Shown: piece by piece, positions 50,899 through 63,856 of the stretch
How positions within the stretch are numbered: the first letter of the stretch is position 1
Layout of the letters: every line of letters starts with the position of its first letter
NCBI RefSeq assembly: GCF_037042905.1
Contig: NC_087251.1
Location: 33,356,001 to 33,420,000, forward strand
DNA from: Lytechinus pictus
Lineage: Eukaryota
Direction: 5' to 3'
DNA length: 64,000 nucleotides
The notes under the pieces: model-generated
Database searches by the model: none
Told to the model about the DNA's origin: nothing
Seen by the model: only the letters and a program-made list of their open reading frames with translations
Program-made: the position numbers and the translations under genes

Positions 50899-51253
50899 AG
50901 AATGAGAGCTTAAGGATATGAACTTCATAAATCCGCTATCTGTCTTGAAGAAGTTGCAAAGATTTGTGGTGCTGAAAAGTTTCCTAGTGTTATTTGACTA
51001 CTTGAACACTTGGTTGTGTGTGTACACATTTTTACAAAAGTTGAAGTATACAAGTTTTACGAAAGTTGAAATATAAAAAAAAAGGTTTAAACAATTACTA
51101 GTAGGATTTGATTTTTTGGTGAATCTGGTTGTCTGATCTCTGATGAAGAGATGTTGTGGATTTTTTCTTTTGTTTAGCCATTTCAATATTTTTTTCTTGT
51201 GCAGATTACAGATGGGATTCCAGGGATCACTACTGATTGTTCAAAGGACCTGA

Positions 51254-51557
51254 GAAGAATTTCATGAGATTTTATCTGACAAGTCCTGTTTTATCTGACA
51301 GTTACCATAGGAACTGTACTTCTCAGCCAATCAAAATCAAGGAAAGTTGTCAGATCTGACAACTTGTAAAAAAAAATGTTGATGAAACACTCTCCAGTGG
51401 AGAGTTTCATTTACAATTGTAATCCGATAAACTTGTCAGATCTGGCAACTTTCCTTGATTTCGATTGACTGAGAAGCAATATTACTGTGGTAACTGTTGG
51501 ATAAAACAGGATTTATCCGATAAATTATCAGACAAGTTCTGCCATGAAGCGCTTTGC
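51254..51557. mobile_element. Two copies of a ~150-bp MITE joined in inverted orientation; related copy at about 27565-27698
   Basis: AGCCAATCAAAATCAAGGAAAGTTGTCAGATCTGACAA is mirrored by TTGTCAGATCTGGCAACTTTCCTTGATTTCGATTGACT. CTGAG occurs on both flanks. Confidence 0.75.
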
Positions 51558-52727
51558 TGAGGGCAATACTTCTGGTCGAAGAAAGTATGCCTGGTGAAGA
51601 GACGACATTCCAGTGGGAGTTTGAAGTACAGTCAGGGTGAGAATATATTACAAATAATGTCTTTATGTATTTCTTAAGGTATGTGATGTTAGCAATTGAC
51701 AAGAAATTTTCATGATGTCCGTATAATTTCGATTTCATGAGAATAAATGATGATGACGCTAGCTTCAGCGATGATCATCTAGTCTGTCTTGAACTTTCAT
51801 AGGTATGCATGCAGTACATTCTAATTTGCTGACACTGTATTTGCTCAACCAATTAAGCTATCCAATCATGACTTTGCCTTCTCCTTATTGTCAGGCCAGT
51901 CTAATGGAGATCATAATGTATTTACGATGTGAGGCAGTAGGAGGAATATTCAGACCATTGCATAACAGTTCATGGCAAACAATAATCATATTTTGGATAG
52001 ACAACTTCTTACAGATAGAGTCCTTCTCTTTCTGATGCTTAGTGAGATCGTAACTTTATCTATGGATTGGATGATCAAGACTTTGTAAGCCATCTATTAA
52101 CATACTATTAACAAATTTGTTTCACAGAAATATCTTAGAAGGGCTGGTCATCTTTATGACAAGCATCGTTTTGACTTCTGTTTGCCACAACCTGACAATG
52201 AAGACTGGCCTCAAGTATGACCTGGTGGTCTGCTATCTGAAGTCAGTGGTACGTCTTACAGGACCAAGATTGAATTCCATATCCATATGCAGTGACTGTT
52301 TATCTCAATGAGTTGTCTTTGACTTTGGTAAGTTAGATGATGGAATTAGAAATGGTGGGCTGGTGATGTTGAGATGTTGATGATGGTTAATGAAAATGAA
52401 GGTAATGATCCTGGTGTTTGTGGGGATTTCATGATGATAAGGATGATGATTATTATGAAGGATAATGATATTGATGATGGTGGTGATAATTTAAATTGAT
52501 GCAATTGCCATCAATGTGATGACTTTGGTAAGGGATGAAGATGTTGATTAAAAAGTTTTGGAATAAATATCCTTCATGATGATAACCTTTTATCCATAAA
52601 CTTTTATTTTTGTTTCTTGTACATTTAAGGTGCCAGTATTAGTGGTGGAGATTTTCATCAATATTGGATCATCCGATGGGGTTGAGAAGATTGCGAAACA
52701 GCAGTAAACGGAGAGGAGCAGAAGTTC

Positions 52728-52925
52728 AAACTCTGGAATAGCAGTTGCAGTCAGATCATCCAGTTCACCAAACCAGACATCAGTGACTGGGAGAAACTCT
52801 GGGATAGCAGTTGCAGTTCGATCACCCAGTTCACCAATGCAGACATCAGTGACTGGGAGAAGCTCTGGGATAGCAGTTGCAGTCAGATCATCCAGTTCAC
52901 CAAAGCAGACATCTATGAATGGGGA
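52728..52925 (+). repeat. 66-bp tandem repeat x3
   Basis: Units start at 52728, 52794 and 52860 (AA.CTCTGG.ATAGCAGTTGCAGT...). Confidence 0.95.
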
Positions 52926-52983
52926 AAGAAAGTAAGTCCAACTAACACAGAAGGGTTTTGTAACCAGAGATGCCAGTCTTTAA

Positions 52984-53727
52984 AGGCCCTGTCACATTGT
53001 ACCGTGCAAGCCTTGCGTGTGACTTGCGGTTAACTATTTATGCTACCCGCAGGTTACCCGCATTGACAGTATCTCGCATGCATGTTGCCCACAGAAGCGA
53101 ACACAAGTCTGATTTGCCCGCAGAAAAGTTTGAACATGCTCAAAACTTGTTCCGGGCGAGTTGCGGATGATTACCCGCAGGTTCCATGCAAAACACCAGT
53201 AGGAGACCTACAAGTCGCACGCAGTTAATCCGCTTGAAGTACACAGGTTGCCCACGGATCCCTGGCTATGCTTGTTATCTGCGGGCATTCTGCATGCAAA
53301 ATGCAGGTGAATTACTGGCAAGCAACGGTCTTTTTACTGCCAACATATGTGTTGCTGGTTAGTTCTGTTGGCACAAGCAAATCGCGTGCATCTTGCGGGC
53401 GAATTGCTGTATTTGTTGAGCACCTCTGTTATTCACCATGGTGGTATCACCAGGCAACCTACACGCAAGTTACTCACAGATTTGACGCAGGTTGGCAGTA
53501 GATAACATGTTGCCCGCAACTTACACGAAAGCTTGCACGCGCCACTCTCGCACCTCGCCCGCAGGGCACACGCAATGCAATGCACGCAAGTGGACAGTAA
53601 ATTGCACATGTCCCGCATGCAGAACTTTTGACAATTCTTGTTTGCCCACCAAAATTTTGTTGCGAGCTGGAAAATATCTGCCCGCAACTTACCCGCAAGG
53701 TTTACACGGACCGATGTGACAGGGCAT
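52984..53727. mobile_element. PIF/Harbinger-type non-autonomous element
   Basis: TAA|AGGCCCTGTCACAT ... ATGTGACAGGGCAT|TAA (3-bp TAA TSD); about 45-bp imperfect TIR and CCCGCA subterminal motifs. Confidence 0.8.
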
Positions 53728-55399
53728 TAAAGCTTTTGTGCGATTACATGCCCTGACAACCTCCTATTCAGTGCCTTTTCAGGTGACATCTATTACAGGC
53801 CATAAAGGTGCTTTATTAAAAGGGATTGAGTAACCCCACATGCTGTCTCTGCATGCAATAATTTTTCAAGACGAAACCCTAGGAATTTTATTTTTATAGG
53901 AATCAATACATGCTTTGCAATAAGTAAAAAAGGTATTTTATCCCCCTCCATATAGTCTGGTAGGGAGATAGGGTTCCCATGCACCCCATTGATATATTAT
54001 TTTAACCTACATTTTTGTAATCCTTAAGATGTCTAGTGAATGAATTTTGATGTTCTCAAAACGAAATATTGTCCCATGGGGTTCAAATCCAAGATGGCAT
54101 CCAAAATGGCCGCCATATTCATGGAATTTGGATTTTCGTACATAGATTCCGACACAAACATTCATTTGCCACAAAATTAGTGTCATATGAAAGATAAATA
54201 AATTTTCTACAAGTTGATACTATTCATCGGTGACGAAAAGATAATTCGGCTGAGATTTTCATAAGAAAAGAGCAATTTTGAGATTTTTTCCCCAAAAATC
54301 GAAAATTTGCGAAATACATGATTTACCATAAATCTAATGAAAAGAATGGGATTGCCTTGAAAATGTCTAGAAAACTTTCCTAATATACAACTATTAAGTG
54401 GACCAAATTCCAAATTGATATCATTTTTCTTTCCAAACTTGAAAATTAAATTTTCAGAAATTTAGCTTTTTTACTGCATACCGCAGACTTTGATATACTA
54501 ATGTATATTGTCACATTTTCAACCCAGAAAATGAAAATAGGCCTTAATAAAAAGTGAAATTATCTATTATTTTGTTGGTAGAATTTACTACAATCCCTTT
54601 ATTCTTCAATTTAATGTCGGTTGATATAGTTTTTGAAAGAATTAAGACTTTTGGCCAAAATTTGTATGTTTTTGGTAAAAAAAATTGCACATGCAATATT
54701 ATTGATCAGATTTATTATGAATAGCAGTAATAAATGCACAATCTCAACATTCGATATGAAAGAGGATGTATCAACAAGAATATTGGCAGGCTTCATGCCA
54801 CCATAATTTAATTTGCTTAGATAGAAGGAAAATATGCTGAATGTATTAACCGATTTTGCGCTAAAGTGAGGCCAAAAAGCAACCTCAGTGTGGCAGTCAC
54901 ACCCATGAAAACGATTGCAAAGTGATTATGGTATGTCATTAAAATAATACAATAGCTTTGATCAGCCTCTCGCATCGATTGTGTTGGTATGACTAACACA
55001 CCGTAATGTACATGGTACATAACGTGTGCATGGTAATAGAAATGTATATGATTCAGTAGCATGTAAAGACAAAAAGGCGTTCCTGTTACATCATAAAGAA
55101 ATTTATTTAATAAAGTTTCTTGTAAGCAGTTATAAGATACACTAGCATTGCAGGTAATAGAGATGAAGTTCTGACACATCAAAACACAACTGAAAGACAT
55201 GTCAAAGTTACGTACCCCCACCTTATCTGTATTTTGAATCCATGGCTTGTATTCTAAAATCAGGTTTATTTTCAAACATGGTCTAACTCTTTTCTTAATT
55301 TATGAAGAGCAAAAATTTAAAAATTCTTGTTTATATTTCATATCTGTTATGTTTACTACTCTGTTCCTTTTTCTTTCATAATGAAGAAAAAAACTCAAT

Positions 55400-56700
55400 T
55401 ATCATTCTCAGACAATTATGAACAATTTGGGGGTCAATATTAATGGAATTGGCTCTCCACAGTGAAAGGTCATCGGGCGAAATTCTAGCGTCAATCAAAG
55501 AGTGATCATAGTCGAAAACTATATCATAGTTCAGATGACCGAAGATCTGACATGGTATCTGATGATCGTTAACCAAAACAAAAGAAATCAAAACCAAAAG
55601 GTCGAAAGAACTAACCGATCAGCGAAATGGACACAGCACACGATACTATTACAGATCATGATAATTATCAGTCTAAAGGCAGTCCATCCAACTTTGCATA
55701 ATTTGACTCAATACACACAAATGGGCCAACCACAGTTTTAAATTCAGAAGGTACAGTAGCATTTGCTAACATTGACATAATATGCCCACAGAGTCGGTCA
55801 ACATAAGCTCTACCTAAGAGTTGACTCAAGTGCAAGTGCTAACACTATCACAGTATGTGCCGCCAAGGCAATGTGAAGTTCAAAGTGGCAATCATTAGTG
55901 AAACAAACACCAGTAAAACGAAGCTTATGGTGAGATTCCAATTAAATGTTAAGGTACACTAGACATAAAATGTTACAGTCCAAAATGGTCAACACAGACA
56001 TTCTATGTAGCAGATGTCAAGGTTTCAGCTATCCTAGGGTTGTTAGGTTGCACTGACCTTGGAATTATCACAATTCACTCAATGCACAATTATGACACAC
56101 CTACACCTAACAATAAACCTAAACAAACACCTATCACAAGTGATAAGGATCTCAAACAAGTATTTCCAGAGCAATTCGATGCTATTGGTAGTTTCAAAGG
56201 AAAAGCGATGCTTCATGTCAAGGACATCGCTAAACCTACCATAGATGCACCACGCAAGTGCAGCACACCTTAAGGACAAGATCAAGGCTGAACTGGACAA
56301 GATGGAGCAGCAAGGAGTCACCAGGAAAATTGAGTACCACACCGATTGGTGCATGACCACTGTTGTGAAGAAAGACGGTTCTATCAGAATTTGTCTTGAC
56401 CCAAGGAGGTTAAACAACGCCTTGAAGAGATGCCCACACAAGGTATCAACCTTAGAGGAGGTCCAACCTACCTTTGAAGGACCCCAGTACTTCTCCAAGT
56501 TAGACACAAAGGCTGGTTACTGGTCAGTTCACCTGACTGAGGAATGCCAAGACCTCACCACATTTCGAACACCATCTGGAAGGTCCTGTTTCCAAAGATT
56601 ACAATTTGGTTTATGCAATAGCCAAGACATCTTCCAGCAGCACATGGATAGGATTGTCCAGAAGGTGCCAGGCAGATGACATAGCTATTGTAGGGAGACA
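55400..56700 (+). pseudogene. Decayed Ty3/Gypsy (Mag-like) gag-end / protease / RT fragment
   Basis: Protease remnant LRVDSSASANT (about 55812-55845), then LGCTDLGII and FPEQFDAIGSFKG. RT region: KKDGSIRICLDPRRLN, FSKLDTKAGYWSV, TTFRTPSGR, FGL..SQDIFQQHMD, then an out-of-frame ADDIAIVG. Frameshifts and stops present; no LTR seen. Confidence 0.85.
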
Positions 56701-56812
56701 TTTTGACATGATATGTTGCAAGTTGTAAAATGCAATTTACAGGAGGCTTTTCCCTGGTACTGATTCGTCACCACATTTTCTACTTTTGCGTTTTGGCATG
56801 GTTTGGCATGGT

Positions 56813-56929
56813 TAATTCAATTCAAGAGTTCTTTATTCGCTTTAAAAAGCACATATAAAAAAAAATATATAAAAAAAATATGTATACAATATATTCTACA
56901 AATAGGCACATTCACAATATATGTAAAGA

Positions 56930-56977
<48 letters not shown>

Positions 56978-57222
56978 ATCAACAACAACAACAAAATACA
57001 TGTATAACAGGGTAAGATCAGAGTGTGCATAAATACGAGATAATTTCCTCGCACTCCTCTCGGTTAAGGAAACCCTTACATAAATAATCATCCCTCGAGT
57101 TGATCAATTCCTTTACTTGTTCAACTATGCGTATTGTCTCATCATTCACTTGGCATTGCACAGCCCACTGCTTTTGAATTTCATTGTTATCCATGAAGTA
57201 CTTATCATTCAAGAATCTTATT
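56813..57222 (-). mobile_element. 3' end of a non-LTR retrotransposon
   Basis: The minus ORF ends ...VKELINSRDDYLCKGFLNREECEEIISYLCTL*, resembling LINE ORF2 C-termini. A T-rich UTR follows with AATAAA and a TTGAATTGAA tail. Confidence 0.6.
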
Positions 57223-60200
57223 CAAGATGTAAATCTACAATCTTGCACCCAAAAGTGAAAATAGTTAATAGATTAATAACACAACCATACACATCTCATT
57301 GTACCAAAAAGACCTTCCCTTTATCGTTTTGGCACTTTAATGTAACAGAATTGTTTAATTCAAATCGTAAAGAATAAAGATAACCCACTCAATTAATTTC
57401 TCATACTCAGAATACCCTCAAAACATTTGTAATTTGTTTTCCTATGATGTCGAATTAAAAAGTTCTGTTAAGAGTTTTTCGTCAGAATCCAAGATGGCCG
57501 TCAAGGTGGCGACCAAGGGACACTTTTTAATTTTTCAGAACATCAAAATAAATTCATTCAGTATATGACTCCAGGATTAAAAAATGTGTAGGTTAGAAAA
57601 ACTTATCAAGAAGGTGAAAAAGGGTGGTAAAGATAATGACAATATAGTACACTTTTACAAGTCTGTAAAATGCAGTAAAAAAGCAAAATTTCTTAATAAT
57701 TGTATATTAGGAAAGTTTTCTAGAAAGTTTCAAGGCAATTCCTTTATTTTCCTTAGATATATGGTAAATCAGGTATTTTGAAAATTGTCATTTTTTGGGG
57801 GAAATAATTTCAAGAATGCACTTATTAAAATCTCAGCCAAATTACCTTTTCATCACCTATGAATAATATCAACTTGTAGAATATTTATTTATCTTTCATA
57901 TGACACTAATTTTGTGTTCGAAGATAAACCTGATTTCGGAATACAGGCCATACATGTAGGTTCAAAATACAGATAAATTGGGGGTAGCTTCGACATGTTC
58001 CTTTGAGTTGTGTATTGATGTGTCAGAACTTTATCTCTATTACCTGCAGTGCTAGTGTATCTTATAACTGTTTCCAAGAGACTTCATTAAATAAATTCAT
58101 CTATGATGTAACAGAAAAACCTTTTTGGTCTTTACATCCTTCTGAATCAGATACATTTCTATTACCATGCACATTACATACTGTACATTACGGTGTGTTA
58201 GTCATACCAATACAATCGATGCGAGAGGCCGATCAAAGCTATTGTATTATTTGAATGACATACCATTAATCACTGCAATCGTTTTCATGGGTGTGACTGC
58301 CACACTGAGGTTGCTTTTTAGCCTCACTTTAGCGCAAAATCGGTTAATACATTCAGCATATTTTCCTTCTATCTGAAGCAAATGAAATTATGGTGGCATG
58401 AAGCCTGCCAATATTCTTATTGATTCCTCCTCTTTCATATCGAATGTTGAGATTGTGCATTTATTACTGCTATTCATAATAAATCTGATCAATAATATTG
58501 CATGTGCAATTTTTTTACCAAAAACATACAAATTTTGGCCAAAAGTCTTAATTCTTTCAAAAACTATATCAACCGACTTTAAATTGAATAATAAAGGGAT
58601 TGTAGTAAATTCTACCAACAAAATAAAAAGATAATTTTGCATTAATTAAGGCCTATTTCCATTTTCTGGGTTGAAAATGTGACAATATACATTAGCATAT
58701 ATCCGAGTCTGCGATATGCAGTAAAAAAACTAAATATCTGAAAATTGAATTTTCAAGTTTGAGACACTTTAAGTTAAAAAAAAAAAAAATATCAATTTGA
58801 AATTTCATCCACTTAATAGTTGTATATTCAGAAAGTTTTCTAGAAATTTTCAAGGCAATCCCATCATTTTCATCAGATTTATAGTAAATCATGTATTTCG
58901 CAAATTTTAAATTTTTTGGAAAAAAATCTCAAAATTGCACTTTTCTTATTAAAATCTCAGCCGAATTATCTTTTCGTCACCGATGAATAGTATCAACTTG
59001 TAGAAAATTTATTAATCTTTCATATGACACTGATTTTGTGGCAAATGAATGTTTGTGTCGGAATCTATGTACGAAAATCCAAATTCCATGAATATGGCGG
59101 CCATTTTGGACGCCATCTTGGATTTGAACCCCATGGGACAATATTTTGTTTTGGGTACATCAAAATTCATTCACTAGACATCTTAAGGATTACAAAAATG
59201 TAGGTTAAAAAAATATATCTATAGGGTGCATGGGAACCCTATCTCTCTCCCCTACTAATAGTTTACAGTGTTAACTTAAGCTTTCATATGGAATGTTTAT
59301 GACTAGTCATTTTTGCAGCAATTAAGCAACTGATTAGAATAACAATTGCAGGTGATTCCTGTCATGACCTAGAGGCTTGCAGTTCTGATTACAGCATTAA
59401 CTGCAAGAGAAAACATTTTTTTAGAGCCTGAATGGATATAAGCCATTTTGTAATTGGCTCTCAAGCAACTTTTCCCAATTATTGTTCTCTCTTTTTTATT
59501 TGATTGGATAGGTACTCAATTAATTGTTATTTATTATTAAAGAAGATGTCACATTGTCATGTAAGCTTGCCTAGTATACTAATCTGCCGTACTTTGGCAA
59601 AAGGAAGCAAGTTACATTAATTATCAATGGGCAATGTGTGTTCATCATTTACATATGCGTCAATGCAATTTAACAGCATTGCAATTTAACAGCATATTTT
59701 CTTCAATATCTTTCCATAGAACTATCATTTCTTCCTTAAATTTTGCCTGAACATGCAACATACAAAGGGTGTGACAGAAACAACAATAACTCAAATTTGA
59801 CTGATGTGTCACTTGCTTCTTTTTGCCAAAGTTGGGCAGTAATCTACAATATTCAACTCTAATAAAAGAAAAAAAAACAGGCCACTCAACTTGTACATTA
59901 TATTAATTGTCAATTAGGAAAGCTTCTATTACATTTTCTGTTTTGAACTGAATCGATATCATTTGACCCATTGCCAAATACCAATCATGATTGGGCACTT
60001 TGTTAGTATTCTTTAAATGGGATGATATTTTAAAATTAAAATAAATGATCATGCTCATCTCTGTGATTTAAAAATGGAAAATGACTTTCATCTGTTCATG
60101 TGAAAATTGTGATAACAGAATGGCTTATTCAATGTTCATGGCTTAATAGCATGAAAATAATATCCTTAAAGAAATGCAGAAGAAAGGCTGTTTAATCATG

Positions 60201-60828
60201 TCTTTAATTTGAAAGAAAGTCATCCTAATTAAAGAACAATGAAAACTCATAATGAACCACATATAATGAGACCTTTTTATAGCATAACATTACACAAATT
60301 TCATTGAGGTATTATGATGCAAACTTTTCACACCTCGACAGATGAGACAGTAAAAATGGATAGTGATTTGTACGAGTCATAGCCCAGGATTCAGAAGTTA
60401 AATGATGTTCTGTAATTCTATCCTCTGACTACAGGTACAGTGGTTCTTTCTAGATGTCCATGTTCAACCAAGCTGAAATGGGTTACCCCAACAGTACTCT
60501 TCTCTTCTAATGGAGAACTCTTGGTTCCATCAAGATTGAGGTATCATTGTATGACGACTCCACGACATCACAGATCGTTAGGGAGAGTGTTTCTCAGATC
60601 CTTTTCAAATCAATCATGAGTCCAATGTGGTCTATGAAGCAAACATCATCAAGGTGAGATTTTATTATTTTATTTGCTTTTCACTAATATACCCTTATAG
60701 ATAATTCCCTTCCTTTTCACACTCGTGCTGCCAATGTTGGCTAATCCTTCAATTCAAGGATGAAATGCTCCCAAAAATAATTGCAACCTCCTATGGGACC
60801 TCTTGTTCTTTCAGATGTAACCGTTTTT

Positions 60829-61836
60829 GTCTCGCCTGCATAGCAGAGCTATAGGCGCCGCTTTTCCGACGGCGGCGGCGGCGGCGTCAACATCAAATCT
60901 TAACCTAAGGTTAAGTTTTTGAAATGACATCATAACTTAGAAAGTATATGGACCTAGTTCATGAAACTTGGACATAAGGTTGATCAAGTATTACTGAACA
61001 TCCTGCCTGAGTTTCAGGTCACATGACCAAGGTCAAAGGTCATTTAGGGTCAATGAACTTAGACCATGTTGGGAAAATTATTTTCAAAATCTTAACCGAA
61101 GGTTAAGTTTTTGAAATGACATCATAACTTAGAAAATTTATGGATCTAGTCCATGAAACTTGGACATAAGGTTAATCAAGTATTAGTGAACATTCTGCCT
61201 GAGTTTCAGGTCACATGACCAAGGTCAAAGGTCATTTAGGGTCAATGAACTTTGGCCAAGTTGGGGGTATTTGTTGAATTACCATCATAACTTTGAAAAT
61301 TTATGGATTTAGTTCATGAAACTTGGACATTAGGTTAATCAAGTACCACTGAATATCCTGTGCGAGTTTCAGGTCACATGACCATGGTCAATGGTCATTT
61401 AAGGTCAATGAACTTTGGCCGTGTTGGGGGTATATGTTAAATTACCATCCTAGCTCTGAAAGTTTATGGATCTAGTTCATAAAACTTGGGATATAAGAGT
61501 AATCAAGCATCACTGAACATCCCCTGCGAGTTTCAGGTCACAAAACCAAGTCAAAGGTCAGTTAAGGTCAATAAACTTAGGCCATGTTGGGGTAATTGTT
61601 GAAGTGCCATCATAACTTTGAAAGTTTATGGATAGAGTGAATGAAATGTGGACATGGGTGTAGTTGACAGTCTTAAGTCTCCGTTCAAGTGTCATTCATG
61701 GTCAATGAATGTGGTATTATGTCATTATATGAATGATGTTTTTGTGAATGATTATTTTATAGTAGTTTTCAAAGTTAGCACTGCTGCTATATTAAATTGC
61801 GTAATGCAGGCGAGACTGCCAGAGGCGTTCCACTTG
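60829..61836 (+). mobile_element. Helentron-derived non-autonomous element (DINE-1/HINE-like)
   Basis: T-run insertion site, sub-terminal IR GTCTCGCCTGCA / TGCAGGCGAGAC, (GGC)n microsatellite, about 4 internal tandem units of 170-190 bp, short 3' hairpin GCCAGAGGC. Confidence 0.8.
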
Positions 61837-61853
61837 TTTTTTGTTTTTTTTTG

Positions 61854-63856
61854 GTCTTGCCTGCCTAGCAGATGCGAGACATAGGCGCAGTTTTCTATAC
61901 GGCGATGGCAACAGCCGCGGCATCCTCAATATTGAAATGTTAACCAAGGTTAAGTTTCGAAATAATGTAATTATAACTTGGAAAGAATGAGGACCTATTT
62001 TATGTATCTTTGACATAACAGTGATCAAGTGTCATTGGTCATTTGATATGAGTTTGTACGAGTATATTATTAGGTAACTGGGTCAAAGGTAATTTTAGAT
62101 CAGTTATCTGATAGAAATCTATATTTTGTTTATTCAGGGCACGACAAACCCACTTGCCCGCTTGCCCGGGGCAAGTGAAAATGACGTGCGGGCAAGCATT
62201 TCTCAAAGTCAATTGCCCGATCCGGCAAGTGGTTGTTTTGGAAATAAAATATCAGTAGACCCTCTAAATTTCAATATCTTTTGGATAATCACAACTATCT
62301 CTCAGATTATGTCAAAACAGTGGAAACTGATGTAAAATCAGCGCCAATTACCAATAATTTATCGCCAGGTACCTCGTTCGAAAAACCGTGCCATCGCATC
62401 TTACGTTCTATGAGTTGTGGGTGCATAGCAGAGCGAGACAATGAAGTATTGGGCTGGATAGGTTAATGGCTAATCTACAAACTTTTTCACAAAACCTGAC
62501 TTAGCAAAAACCATGAGCCAGGCATTCATCTTTGTCTCAAAGGTATGCAAGACATTCAGGGTTTATATAGTCCAAGAAGCCATTGTCTGACCTAGCAACA
62601 ATCATGAATCATACATTCTTTGAGATTTATTGTCTCACATCATAAGAAGAATTCCTGAAGGTGATGCGCATATTCACTATTCTGGATTGCTTTGAGGTCT
62701 TTCATTAGACAGACCGTTATGAATGGAAGAATACTAACCATTGAAATGTACAGAACCAGAATGTAGTTAACATACATTTAATAGCCATTTAGGCTTAATA
62801 TTTGAATACCTATTGTGAACTAGTCTTAATGAATTCAAGTCTACTTTAGGGAGAGATTTATTTAATGAACTCTTTATGTGTATTCATATATGCATAATAA
62901 AAGATTCTCACTTCCTCTCTGCATATTGGATGATAGCACTGATGTGAATTGTCAAACATGTTTATGCATGAGATTTAGGAAGTTAAACCAAGACGTGGTG
63001 CTTTCTTCACTAACCATCCAAAAAGTGGCATATTTTTTGCTGGGGTATATAATGAGGGCCTTGCATGCACATAGTCTGGAGGCAGTGAGCAAGCAAGGTC
63101 AGTGTACAGTGACACACAATAGAACATGTGACTGGTCATGTGATGATGAGGATATGACCACATCAACATAATAATGAACATGCACAAGACTTTACAACCC
63201 ACCACAATCCCCATTTAACCTTTATGCTGTGTGCTGGCCTTGTTTATTATCTATTTATGTCACCCTTTTTTCGGCTGACATGAATAGGTGATGCTAGTGG
63301 GCTGCGTTTTCAACTGAAAAGTAATTTATGCTAATTAAATTTGAATCATAGATTTGAGTGTACAGAATAGGTTGAGATATGTAGGCAATATTTGCACTCT
63401 TTTTTTAATTTGAGTTTCCTTTCATTAAATCTGAGATTTTGTCTACCTGCAAAATCAAGATTAAGTTTTTTTAACGCCCTTTCACACAAATTCAAATTCT
63501 ACTCCGGAGGTAAATTCCAGTTAAGTTTCACTCTAATTACAGTAAGAATTTTTACAACTGAAAGTCTGGACCTCCAAAACATTTGTTTTTTTTGGGGGGG
63601 CGAAGCTTACGTGACCTTTCAAGCACTGCCGTAGATAATACAATTGTCATGCACTCATCGTATTCCGATGCAGATTGACAAGTCACAAAGGACTCGAGAA
63701 TTCAAATCACACTTTTTGAGTAAGTGTGTGAATAGTCTGATGGTTCTAAAGACGAATTGCAATCATCATTACAATGATGATTCCAGATTCTCAAGTGAAA
63801 AGGCCCTTAATATTGTGTAATGCAGGCGAGACTGGCAGAGGCATTTATGCCATTGG
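61854..63856 (+). mobile_element. Second, older Helentron/DINE-1-like element, interrupted from about 62135 by other sequence
   Basis: 5' GTCTTGCCTGC..GCGAGAC and a degenerate GGC tract; 3' TGCAGGCGAGAC followed by a TGGCA..TGCCA hairpin and T-run at 63821-63860. Confidence 0.6.

Larger units (their letters stand above)
53953..59257. mobile_element. Academ-like non-autonomous DNA transposon with ~1.3-kb TIR arms (53953-55278, 57915-59257)
   Basis: ATA|TAGT ... ACTA|ATA gives a 3-bp TSD with TAG..CTA ends. The arms align as reverse complements, visible in the ORF track as mirrored ORFs 54611-54796(-) / 58398-58634(+). CAAGATGGC and AAAATGGCCGCC motifs near the ends. Confidence 0.8.
49792..60653 (+). 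pseudogene. Putative decayed multi-exon gene or lncRNA: exon-like blocks 49792-50006, 51205-51636 (MITE-interrupted), 52128-52327, 52630-52931, 60454-60653
   Basis: Each block is GC-richer than its flanks and bounded by a pyrimidine tract + AG and a GTRRG donor. Blocks 2-5 are phase-compatible, but blocks 3-5 each carry one in-frame stop. No protein family recognised. Confidence 0.45.

Noticed and set aside
49792-52931. Selenoprotein interpretation of the recurrent in-frame TGA codons
   Set aside because: TAA/TAG stops also occur in the same chain, one exon is MITE-disrupted, and no SECIS or Sec-type motif context could be identified.
54611-58642. Mirrored ORF pairs (MKPANIL..., ...QSMREADQSYCII) suggesting duplicated genes
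   Set aside because: They are the two arms of one inverted repeat, and indels between the arms shift frames freely.
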